Source: a virus (lineage: Duplodnaviria > Caudoviricetes). From it: a DNA stretch of 29,676 nt. The DNA lies in the IMG/VR virus record IMGVR_UViG_3300025803_000069, positions 1 through 29,676 of that record; one strand, 5' to 3'. The stretch's first letter is position 1. Every line of letters starts with the position of its first letter. The notes under the pieces are model-generated. The model saw only the letters and a list, made by a program, of their open reading frames with translations, was not told the origin of the DNA and searched no databases. Position numbers and translations under genes: made by a program. Below, piece by piece: positions 8,148-16,151 of this stretch.

Positions 8148-9551
8148 TTAGTTGTGGAATACACTTCCTGCGAGGCGGTGTACGTCATCCCAAGACATGT
8201 TAGCCATGTCCATAGTGGATGGAATTTCAACGTTAGAAACAGGTGCGGACTTTTGGATAGTTGTTCCAGTTGCACCTGATGCAAGGTTATCGATTCGGTC
8301 GCTTAGAGAAGCAACTGCCTTTTCGATTGATGCGAGTGGAGCACGAGCGTCGAATGCTTGTGCTTGTCGGCTTTCAGCCTCACTGCGCTGTTCCTTGGCG
8401 AGTCGGTCGGCGAATACATCGCTGAGAGTTCCCTTGAGTTGCTTCTCAATGGAAGCAGCCTTGTAAGCAGCGTATGCTTGCTCAAGGTCAGCAGGGGAGA
8501 GGTCCTCAGGAGACAAGTAGCCCTTTGCAACATCAGCCTTAGAGCCGCTGTTGAGTTTGCCAATTGCGCCAGTGGATGGGTTGCCACCTTCTTGTGCTCG
8601 GCCTTTAACTTGGCCTGCAAAGTAGTCAGCACCGTCAACAGAAGATGGGTTGTCGAAGCCACCAAGTTGTGCCTTCTCAAGTGCATCAAAGTGTGCACGA
8701 GCGCCGTTAATATCGACGCCACCCGACTTTAGGGTGTTTTCCATCCAGTGTAGGTAGTCTTGGGTGATAACGTCAGAGTACTCGGATTTCTCCATCTCGC
8801 CTTTGTGTTCGGCGCCGTACATCTTTTCGTCTTTGTCTTCATCAGCCATTTCTTTGCCTTTGTCTTCATCCTTGTCGTCCTTGTCCTTACCCTTCATGTG
8901 CTCTTTCAAGCCTTCGGGCATTTCACCTTTCTCCATTACGTCGAGGCGGGTGTTGATGCGGTCCAAGACGGACGACAGTTCGCTCATTGTGTTCATGTCT
9001 GTACTTTCAGTCATTGTTGTGTCCTCCTTCAATATACGGAATGTCGCCTCCGGGTTTATACCTTTTTCACAAATCGTTACCTCGTGAAGTTCCAGTTTGG
9101 AAATCTCGGTGTAATCACCGTGTTCCGAATCGGCTTTTCGCATTCGCTTGAATGCTTGTCCACCGATACTGAAACCCCTAAGGGCGCCTTTGCGAATCTC
9201 ATTGGCTACTTCACGAGCCTTTTCGATGTCATCGCGTACTTCGATGACAACGAAGAGTCCAGCGTCATCGACACCGGACTTCCACAATCGACCGCTACTG
9301 TCGGTGTATTGTGGTATAACACTTCCAACTTGGATGTTGGAGTGTGCGAGTTGTACGTTGCGGAATCCGTCCGCTTTCATGAAGTTGTCAAATGCACCCT
9401 TGAGTGCACCTGTAGTGATGAGGTCACCTTGCTTGTCGACCATTTCGACGCTTGCATAACCTGCAATAACAAGGCCATTGTCGCTCTTGAGGAGCGATAT
9501 GGTGCCACCGCCTTCAAACCGGGCGGATTGTAGTGGCGATACCATGACCAT
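8148..9551 (-). CDS. Prohead protease (HK97/U35-like) fused to a C-terminal scaffold domain
   Basis: IAGYASVEMVDKQGDLI, catalytic His region QLAHSNIQVG, catalytic Ser region LRGFSIGG and LHEVTICEKGINPEA, followed by a coiled-coil/acidic scaffold region. The track start is 9572; ATG 9551 fits the upstream TATA box. Confidence 0.9.
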   Translation of the reverse strand: MVMVSPLQSARFEGGGTISLLKSDNGLVIAGYASVEMVDKQGDLITTGALKGAFDNFMKADGFRNVQLAHSNIQVGSVIPQYTDSSGRLWKSGVDDAGLFVVIEVRDDIEKAREVANEIRKGALRGFSIGGQAFKRMRKADSEHGDYTEISKLELHEVTICEKGINPEATFRILKEDTTMTESTDMNTMSELSSVLDRINTRLDVMEKGEMPEGLKEHMKGKDKDDKDEDKGKEMADEDKDEKMYGAEHKGEMEKSEYSDVITQDYLHWMENTLKSGGVDINGARAHFDALEKAQLGGFDNPSSVDGADYFAGQVKGRAQEGGNPSTGAIGKLNSGSKADVAKGYLSPEDLSPADLEQAYAAYKAASIEKQLKGTLSDVFADRLAKEQRSEAESRQAQAFDARAPLASIEKAVASLSDRIDNLASGATGTTIQKSAPVSNVEIPSTMDMANMSWDDVHRLAGSVFHN

Positions 9552-9573
9552 TGTAGTTGTTACATCCGTCATT

Positions 9574-9581
9574 CTATATAA
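9574..9581 (-). promoter_or_regulatory. Archaeal-type TATA box for the protease-capsid operon
   Basis: TTATATAG on the minus strand, 23-30 nt upstream of ATG 9551, with no SD before that ATG. Confidence 0.55.
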
Positions 9582-12500
9582 TCAGATATGGTAAACAGCC
9601 TTATCTTCTGTAAGTTCTAACTTACTATCAACTTCCTCGACGTCTTTCGATTCTTCCTCTTTATCTTTCCTGTCACGTTCAATATCACGCACATCGTAGT
9701 CAGGCATGGTTTTCGCATCGTCGGGGTTGGTCGGACCTGTTGGTGATTGTATGGGCGTGCCGTAGTCTATACCGAGTCCTTTGGGTCCTGACATACTCGT
9801 ACCCACTTGACCTACACCGCTTTTCGCCAACAGTCGCTCAAGAAGTTCGACACCCTTCTTCATAACCTTGTTCTTCTCTTTGTCCCACGTCCCAGTGCCA
9901 TGAATTTTCTTAGGTGGGATGAGAGGCTTAGCGTCACCCTTACTTTCGTGAACCTCAGCCTTGTCCTCTCGTTCTTCTATAGAAAAGTCACCCTTGAGCA
10001 TGACGCCAGCAACGGGTGACCAAAACGGTCGTTGGCTTTCAGACAAACGAATCAGATAGTCATTGTCGGCTACGGGTGTGTGTACAGTCCAATACTGACC
10101 ACGTGTGGTCGCCTTGTACAGAACATCACCTGCTTCAAACGATACACGAATGTGACGGTCACTTCTATAGATGTTGAGTGGACTTTGAGTCATGTCGGCT
10201 TTTGCTAACATAGCAAGGCTTTCTGTACTGACCAATGGTTCGCCCTCAGCCTCACCTTCGATGCGTGGTGCGTGAACAGTGTACACCTTTTGATTCTCAG
10301 ATGCTTCACCTTCTGTTACGCTCGTGACATTGACCTTGACGAAGTCACCGACCTCATACTTTTCAGGAGCATTGAACGATGCACCAATGTCCATGTAAAT
10401 GTCATCCTCAATCTTGACTGCACGGTCACCCAAGTCCTCTCCATGAATGATTGGACCTGTACCAAGTCGATACGTGTACGGCGATTCGCCTCTTCGCTCA
10501 AGCACCATGAGTGTAACATCGTTGCCTTTCTGATACATGACCCACTTGGGATGACGTGCTTCGCCTTTCATGTACGTGGACTTTGCATCACGCAACAAGA
10601 TACGGTCGCTCTCGATGTTCTTGATGGCGTCAGCCAGTCCGACATCGTCGGTCAACTTGGTATCGGATGCACTTGGGGCTTCGACACCCTCAACGCTTTG
10701 CAACGCACCACGCAACAACTTGATGCGGTCTTGAATCGGCATATCATGAACCTCCTTGCCATCAAACTCAATGACCTCAAAGATGTACAATCCACTCTCA
10801 CGTCGTATAACGTCAACCAAAAAATCCTTGTCAGATACCTGCTTGAACGCTTTCTTCTCTTCATCTGTAAGTGAACCCTTACTTTCGACGTCGTCATCCT
10901 TTTTTGTAACGAACATTCGCTCGCCCTCAGGATAATCGCTGACAACCCAGTCGCCTGTGAACCCACGCAGGTGTTCAAGGTCGTCGACATCAAAGATACG
11001 GTGCATCGGTTGCAGTGACGGCAAGCCCTCAGGCATATCCTTGCGGATATAATCAGGGTTGGTCAGCGAAGCCAGCAATGCAGGTCCGTCCATCTTCGTC
11101 GATATGTCCAGCAGGTTATCACTCAAAGTCGTTTGGGCTTGGTTTGAACGCGTAGCGTTTGGTTGTCGCTCAACTGAACGGTCATCGTTGTGTGCACCAA
11201 AGTGACCAAGATGTTGTTGAGGCAAGACTCTTCTCACTGAACCTCCCATAGGCGTAGCCAATCGCATTTTCTTTGGCGTCTGTGGTCGAAACTGCATACG
11301 ACCGTCTCTTATATCCATGCGGAATGGAACTTCGTGCATGTGCCCTTTGTGAGAACGCAGTCCGTCTGAGTTGTAAATGGACATGATGGATGTTTCTGTG
11401 TCAGGATGTGAGGCACGACCAATCGGCTTTGACGTGAGTGCAAGCCTTTCTTTGGAGGCTTCGTGCGTTGGGTCGTACTCAACTGAGCCGTCATCAACCA
11501 CAATTCCATGAAGTAAGTTGGTTAATTTGTGCATTTTCTTTTCGTCTATGAGTGGTTTGCCTGTTAATCTATGACTAACATTTTTGCCAGTATAGTGTGC
11601 ATCTAATTGACGTTTATCCTTTTGGTTCGGTATTTGAATTTCCAAACCTCGGTCCGACAACGTTTCAAGCATCCGTGATACTGCCGATGCTGCGACCATT
11701 GTGGGGTTGGTCTTTAGGCTGTTAGCCCCTCTCCTCTTTCTATCAGGATGTGCTCGGACAGTTCCCAACTCAAAGTTACCTTCCCTGTCGTGAGGATAGT
11801 CAAGAAGTCCGTGAAAGTCATCAACTAATGTATCTGAAACTCCCATGGGTAAACTTGCTATGAGGTCTTGCACCGTAGCAATTCGTACAGGCGTACCTTG
11901 CTTACTGGCCTGAGTTACGATTTGTTGAATCATCCTTCGCTGATAGGGTGATGCTTCTTCGCCAAACACACGGGCTGTGGCTTTGTCCACGTTTTCGTTT
12001 GGTCCGATTTCGTGAGCATCATCTGTGTCCATGAAGGCTTTGACTTGGTCTTGTACAGCGTCATGCCTTACATGCGTTTTTTCACGAATCGTTCCCGCTG
12101 ACAATGCTTCTTGTCCGTGAAAATCTTGGTCTTGAGTAGCAAGAATGTCGTTTGCTGTCTTCATGGCCCACGCCATGACGGTGTCAGGCGGTGCCATAGA
12201 AAACAAATCAAAACCCTGTTGCTCAGCCTCAGCAAGCACTTGTTTGGCTACGTTCTCGATTGCATTGATGTGACTTCGTACTTTGCCTTGTAGTGTCCTT
12301 CCCTTATCACTCAAGTATTTCTGATGTCTTCCCTTGACGGAAGAATAATGTTCTCGTTCAATGGCCTCCAAGCGCTCGTGCGCTTCGTCGATTTCGTCTT
12401 CTGATACAGGCATACCACGCGCTTGCTGTTCAATGAGTGTGTTGAGTTCGTCCTCGGCTTGGCTGTATTCCAACATTCTTGGTCTAAACGTATTTACGTG

Positions 12501-14984
12501 TGCATTGACCTTACCCTCAGCCAACATTGCATCTCGTTCAGCGTCCTTAATTTTGTTTTCATGCTCTTGCGAGGCTAAAAACCACGCCATCGATTCGTCA
12601 TTCATACCAAGAACAGCGGGTGGTTTTGGTGGGTTGTTTTTCAGATTGCCAAGAAGCATGCGCTTCTCGTGTGCGTTCTCGCGCAGCGATTGAAGTTGTT
12701 TCAAATCGTTATCATAATTGTCTTGCGTAATTCCCTGCAACATTCCGAGTTCGTCACGGTCCGCAGCCATCTCTGTATCAGGGTGTATGCTGTGAGGATG
12801 ATGAACATCCTCTTGGAACGAAGGGTTGGCAGGTGGGTGTATTGCACCAATCATTCCGGACAACTGATGGTGATGCATAGCGGAGTCTTGGTCACGGCGC
12901 ATCACTCCTGTTTCAGTCGACTTCGGTCCGAATGCGTTGCGTGAACCTATGGTGTTTTCGTACCCATACCCATCAGCAACAGCATTACGCATAGCGCCAC
13001 GCATGCCTTGTTCCGTAGCACCGTGCTTGGATTCCATCAGTTGATTGTAATACTTTGGAGAGGTCGTCGTGTCGTGTCGTGTACTGTTGACCTTGGCACC
13101 CGACAGTAAACTGACGCCAGTGCGCTGAATGTTATGCGGATTCAACTGAGCAGTCAGACCCGTGCTGGGGCTGATTTCAGCAACCTGCTTGGCTTCATAC
13201 AGCCCCTTCTCGGTTTTACGATAACGCTTGACCGCTTCCAGTTCCGATTCAGGCGGACCGAACGGTGCCATCACGTTTTCAACAGCATCGGCAAGGCCAA
13301 TCAGTTCGGGGCGAAACGCGCCTGCGTCACCTACTCCAACTATGTCACCGCCCACACGTGAACGCTCACCAGTCGTCAAAAACGACATAGCGTCTCCCTC
13401 TTCGGGCGAAAAGCGATGCGCTGCATGCATGGTGTTTAGACGAGTTGCGTGCGTCTTACCAAGTCCGCCTCTTCCCAAGAACGGTGTGGAGAAGTGATGG
13501 CTGAGCGATTCTTGCTTACCGCCTATGTACGACTCAGGATGTGCGTTCTCACCTTCGGTAGCAAGAAACGGCTGTGTGAAAAACTGAATAGCGTTTCGCA
13601 ATCGACGACCATTACCTTTCATTTTTGTAGCATCCCTGTGAAAACCTACGAAGTCTTTGACAAGTTCGTCGATGCCCTCCAACGAATCAAGCAAGGCAAT
13701 CGTACGAGGGTCACCTCGGTTGAGTGAATAGTATGGGTCATCGTACCGCATAAGTTTCTGACCTGCACGACCCATGTTCGCCATAGCAAACAAATCGTTG
13801 GGGGTGATTGTTTTTGCATCGCTTGGTACGAGACGACCTTTCTCGACCTTCGCCAAATACTTCAACTTCTCGCCAGTAATCCCTTGGTAAAAGTCTTTCA
13901 GTCGCTGAAATAGTTCTGTACCCTCAAGGTCTTTGTACATCTCAGCGGGATTGATGTCGTCCTGTGGAGGAGTGTAAAGACGACCAAGTCCGGGTTCGCC
14001 TGTGGCATCCACGTCACGTGTGTGGTGTGCGTGAACTGGAGCATAGCGCTGATGAAAGTTTGCTACGAAACGACCCATGGGTACTTCCATACCCAAGTCA
14101 GGTAAGAAAACAGATGCGTTGTCCTTGTTCATCGAACCGTGTTCCATCATATGTTCATAGAATGCAATCTTGTCTTTGGGACTGAGCCATTCTAATCCAA
14201 AGTAGTAATCCAGTTCACCAAGCCCGACAGTGCGGTCCGTTCCTTCGCCCTTTGTGTCAAAATCTTTCCATGTATCTTTAGCATCCGACATGTGCCGTCT
14301 TCGCATGGCTTCGTCAAAATCAGCACCTTCACGACCAAGTAACAGTTCTTCTTGAAATGCTTTCAAACCCGCAGGGCTTGCTTGCCAATTTTCAAAGTTC
14401 ATTTCGTATATTGTATGATTAGACACCCGTTCCTTACCGTACATGGCAGGTGAGTACAGTGCAGTATCTCCGTGATGTCGATAGTGAGCCTCCTCTTTTC
14501 TGTCATGCTCTTGTGCTACACTTTCGACCTTAGGGTCAAGAACATTATCAAGAAAATAACGCTCCAAGACGTTGCTGAACTCAGGATGCGATTCGTCGTC
14601 GTATTCGTCATGGTTACCCCAAAGGGGATTGAAATCAGGACTGTGATAATGGTCTTCAAAAAAGTGCTCGGTTTCTGTACCCTGATGTTCTCGGCTTGGT
14701 GGTCGTATCTGTTGATGAAGCCACTGCGAACCCATGTGCACGATACTGTCGTGTGACTTAATGCGCTCAGCAAAGGGAGCACCGCCTTCAAACGATTCAG
14801 GCATCGTTTTGGGTGCTCTATCCATACCCTCCGATACCCGCATATCTGTTGACGGGTCAAGAACACCGAGAGATGCAACGTCTTCAAAAGTAGGGTCAGG
14901 CTGTTGCGCTAATGGAAAGGGAGACTGAAACGATGGGTCAGCCCCTTCTTGTTCCTCTCCACCACTGGGATTCGGAATCGTCAC
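9582..14984 (-). CDS. 1800-aa head-region protein with a C-terminal degenerate ATP-dependent DNA ligase-like (NTase + OB) domain
   Basis: GTG start after GGCGGTGA. The C-terminal part shows LQPM...WVVSDYPEGERMFV...FLVD...YIFEVIEFDG..HDMPIQDRIKLL...RILLRD..STYMKGEARHPKWVMYQ, then an OB-like beta region. The N-terminal ~1300 aa are unrecognised. Confidence 0.75.
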   Translation of the reverse strand: MTIPNPSGGEEQEGADPSFQSPFPLAQQPDPTFEDVASLGVLDPSTDMRVSEGMDRAPKTMPESFEGGAPFAERIKSHDSIVHMGSQWLHQQIRPPSREHQGTETEHFFEDHYHSPDFNPLWGNHDEYDDESHPEFSNVLERYFLDNVLDPKVESVAQEHDRKEEAHYRHHGDTALYSPAMYGKERVSNHTIYEMNFENWQASPAGLKAFQEELLLGREGADFDEAMRRRHMSDAKDTWKDFDTKGEGTDRTVGLGELDYYFGLEWLSPKDKIAFYEHMMEHGSMNKDNASVFLPDLGMEVPMGRFVANFHQRYAPVHAHHTRDVDATGEPGLGRLYTPPQDDINPAEMYKDLEGTELFQRLKDFYQGITGEKLKYLAKVEKGRLVPSDAKTITPNDLFAMANMGRAGQKLMRYDDPYYSLNRGDPRTIALLDSLEGIDELVKDFVGFHRDATKMKGNGRRLRNAIQFFTQPFLATEGENAHPESYIGGKQESLSHHFSTPFLGRGGLGKTHATRLNTMHAAHRFSPEEGDAMSFLTTGERSRVGGDIVGVGDAGAFRPELIGLADAVENVMAPFGPPESELEAVKRYRKTEKGLYEAKQVAEISPSTGLTAQLNPHNIQRTGVSLLSGAKVNSTRHDTTTSPKYYNQLMESKHGATEQGMRGAMRNAVADGYGYENTIGSRNAFGPKSTETGVMRRDQDSAMHHHQLSGMIGAIHPPANPSFQEDVHHPHSIHPDTEMAADRDELGMLQGITQDNYDNDLKQLQSLRENAHEKRMLLGNLKNNPPKPPAVLGMNDESMAWFLASQEHENKIKDAERDAMLAEGKVNAHVNTFRPRMLEYSQAEDELNTLIEQQARGMPVSEDEIDEAHERLEAIEREHYSSVKGRHQKYLSDKGRTLQGKVRSHINAIENVAKQVLAEAEQQGFDLFSMAPPDTVMAWAMKTANDILATQDQDFHGQEALSAGTIREKTHVRHDAVQDQVKAFMDTDDAHEIGPNENVDKATARVFGEEASPYQRRMIQQIVTQASKQGTPVRIATVQDLIASLPMGVSDTLVDDFHGLLDYPHDREGNFELGTVRAHPDRKRRGANSLKTNPTMVAASAVSRMLETLSDRGLEIQIPNQKDKRQLDAHYTGKNVSHRLTGKPLIDEKKMHKLTNLLHGIVVDDGSVEYDPTHEASKERLALTSKPIGRASHPDTETSIMSIYNSDGLRSHKGHMHEVPFRMDIRDGRMQFRPQTPKKMRLATPMGGSVRRVLPQQHLGHFGAHNDDRSVERQPNATRSNQAQTTLSDNLLDISTKMDGPALLASLTNPDYIRKDMPEGLPSLQPMHRIFDVDDLEHLRGFTGDWVVSDYPEGERMFVTKKDDDVESKGSLTDEEKKAFKQVSDKDFLVDVIRRESGLYIFEVIEFDGKEVHDMPIQDRIKLLRGALQSVEGVEAPSASDTKLTDDVGLADAIKNIESDRILLRDAKSTYMKGEARHPKWVMYQKGNDVTLMVLERRGESPYTYRLGTGPIIHGEDLGDRAVKIEDDIYMDIGASFNAPEKYEVGDFVKVNVTSVTEGEASENQKVYTVHAPRIEGEAEGEPLVSTESLAMLAKADMTQSPLNIYRSDRHIRVSFEAGDVLYKATTRGQYWTVHTPVADNDYLIRLSESQRPFWSPVAGVMLKGDFSIEEREDKAEVHESKGDAKPLIPPKKIHGTGTWDKEKNKVMKKGVELLERLLAKSGVGQVGTSMSGPKGLGIDYGTPIQSPTGPTNPDDAKTMPDYDVRDIERDRKDKEEESKDVEEVDSKLELTEDKAVYHI

Positions 14985-14998
14985 TTAATCACCGCCAT

Positions 14999-15379
14999 TC
15001 ATTGGCGGTTCATGCGTGCTTCCAACGCTTTCTTGAGCGATTGCGCTTCTCCGCCGCCGTCCACAAAGTGCCCTGCGAGCGTTGAAAGTGCTGTTGGGTA
15101 GTGTGGGTTCTTGTCAAGGACGTCGCTCTTTTCTGAGATAGCACCCTTGTTTGTGACATCTTCAACGTCAATCAGACGTTGGTTGGTTGAGTAGTATTGG
15201 TTTTGGACACCAGTCTCGCCACCGACTTGTACGTGGAATTGAACATCACCAAGGGCTGTTCCTTCCTTTTGGTCGAACGTGATACCTTGCTCTTTCGCAA
15301 TCATTCGGCTTTCAAGTTCTTTGGCTGCCTTCAAAAGTTGGTCGACCTTTGGGCTTCGTGGTTCGTATCGTGGTCGCAT
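14999..15379 (-). CDS. Hypothetical head-region protein
   Basis: 126 aa, SD GGAGTGA, tightly packed between its neighbours. Confidence 0.7.
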   Translation of the reverse strand: MRPRYEPRSPKVDQLLKAAKELESRMIAKEQGITFDQKEGTALGDVQFHVQVGGETGVQNQYYSTNQRLIDVEDVTNKGAISEKSDVLDKNPHYPTALSTLAGHFVDGGGEAQSLKKALEARMNRQ

Positions 15380-15383
15380 GCTA

Positions 15384-15764
15384 TCACTCCATTCCGATGT
15401 TGTTTCCTATGTTACCAGTGCCTTTTGCTTCTTCGGCAAGGCGATGAATGTCAGACCAGTCCATCGCATGGAACTCTTGATTGTTCTCAGGGATTGGAAT
15501 ACCACTGGCTGATTCATCTTTGAGAATATCATATGTAGCGTCACCACGAAACAAATCCGGCATGACGTCCATTGGTGCGCTGTTAGAACCGCTTCGGATA
15601 AAGCCTGCACGCTTCAAGAGCATAGCAGGGTCAGCGACGATTTGCTTGAGTGCACTGTTTTCTGCTTTGAGGATGCTAAGACTGTTGTCCATGCTTTCCA
15701 TTTTTGTAATCAAAGCACCCATGAGTTTCTCAGCCGTTCCCTCTTTTACGACTTCTTCGCTCAT
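15384..15764 (-). CDS. Small scaffold-like protein
   Basis: 126 aa, SD GAGGTGA. N-terminal coiled coil; C-terminal IPENNQEFHAMDWSDIHRLA matches the C-terminus of the protease-scaffold protein. Confidence 0.65.
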   Translation of the reverse strand: MSEEVVKEGTAEKLMGALITKMESMDNSLSILKAENSALKQIVADPAMLLKRAGFIRSGSNSAPMDVMPDLFRGDATYDILKDESASGIPIPENNQEFHAMDWSDIHRLAEEAKGTGNIGNNIGME

Positions 15765-15773
15765 TCAATCACC

Positions 15774-16115
15774 TCAAAGGTTCCTGTTGTTTCGACGTTG
15801 CATGATAGGTCCACGTCGACTTGTTCGGATTGTACCGGGCAAGACTTGTGTTGTTGATTCGTGAACTGACTGAACGCTATTGAACTTACGGACTGGCACT
15901 CCACCTGCATAGATGTCGTTGATACCACGTGATTGTGGTGTATCGGACTTCATAATCGCCTTCGATACATCTTCTGAAAGGTATTCAGCGTATTTGCTCA
16001 CTTCATTGATGTGAGAACTCGCCGACACACTGTCGTTGTCTTCGATTGCTTTGAAAAACGCATCAACGTGTGAGCGCATTTTGCGAGCCATAGGGTCCAT
16101 CTTCGTCAGGTCCAT
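15774..16115 (-). CDS. Hypothetical head-region protein
   Basis: About 113 aa, helical N-half and Arg-rich C-terminus; ATG 16115 or 16121. Confidence 0.7.
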   Translation of the reverse strand: MDLTKMDPMARKMRSHVDAFFKAIEDNDSVSASSHINEVSKYAEYLSEDVSKAIMKSDTPQSRGINDIYAGGVPVRKFNSVQSVHESTTQVLPGTIRTSRRGPIMQRRNNRNL

Positions 16116-16136
16116 ACGCATCCCATAACCTTCATC

Positions 16137-16144
16137 GTATTGAA
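16137..16144 (-). promoter_or_regulatory. Putative TATA-like box
   Basis: GGAACA-TTCAATAC in the short intergenic gap after the portal stop, 22-29 nt upstream of ATG 16115. Confidence 0.4.
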
Positions 16145-16151
16145 TGTTCCG

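Noticed and set aside
8760-9533. 257-aa plus-strand ORF
   Set aside because: Antisense shadow of the protease gene; no SD or domain, and its composition mirrors the codon bias of the real gene.
10272-10874. 200-aa plus-strand ORF, and the many other short overlapping ORFs in the track
   Set aside because: They lie opposite or out of frame within well-supported minus-strand genes and show no motifs or initiation signals.
10220-11030. Calling the 1800-aa protein an active DNA ligase (lig)
   Set aside because: The motif I Lys and the motif IV/V catalytic residues are not present, so no gene symbol was assigned.
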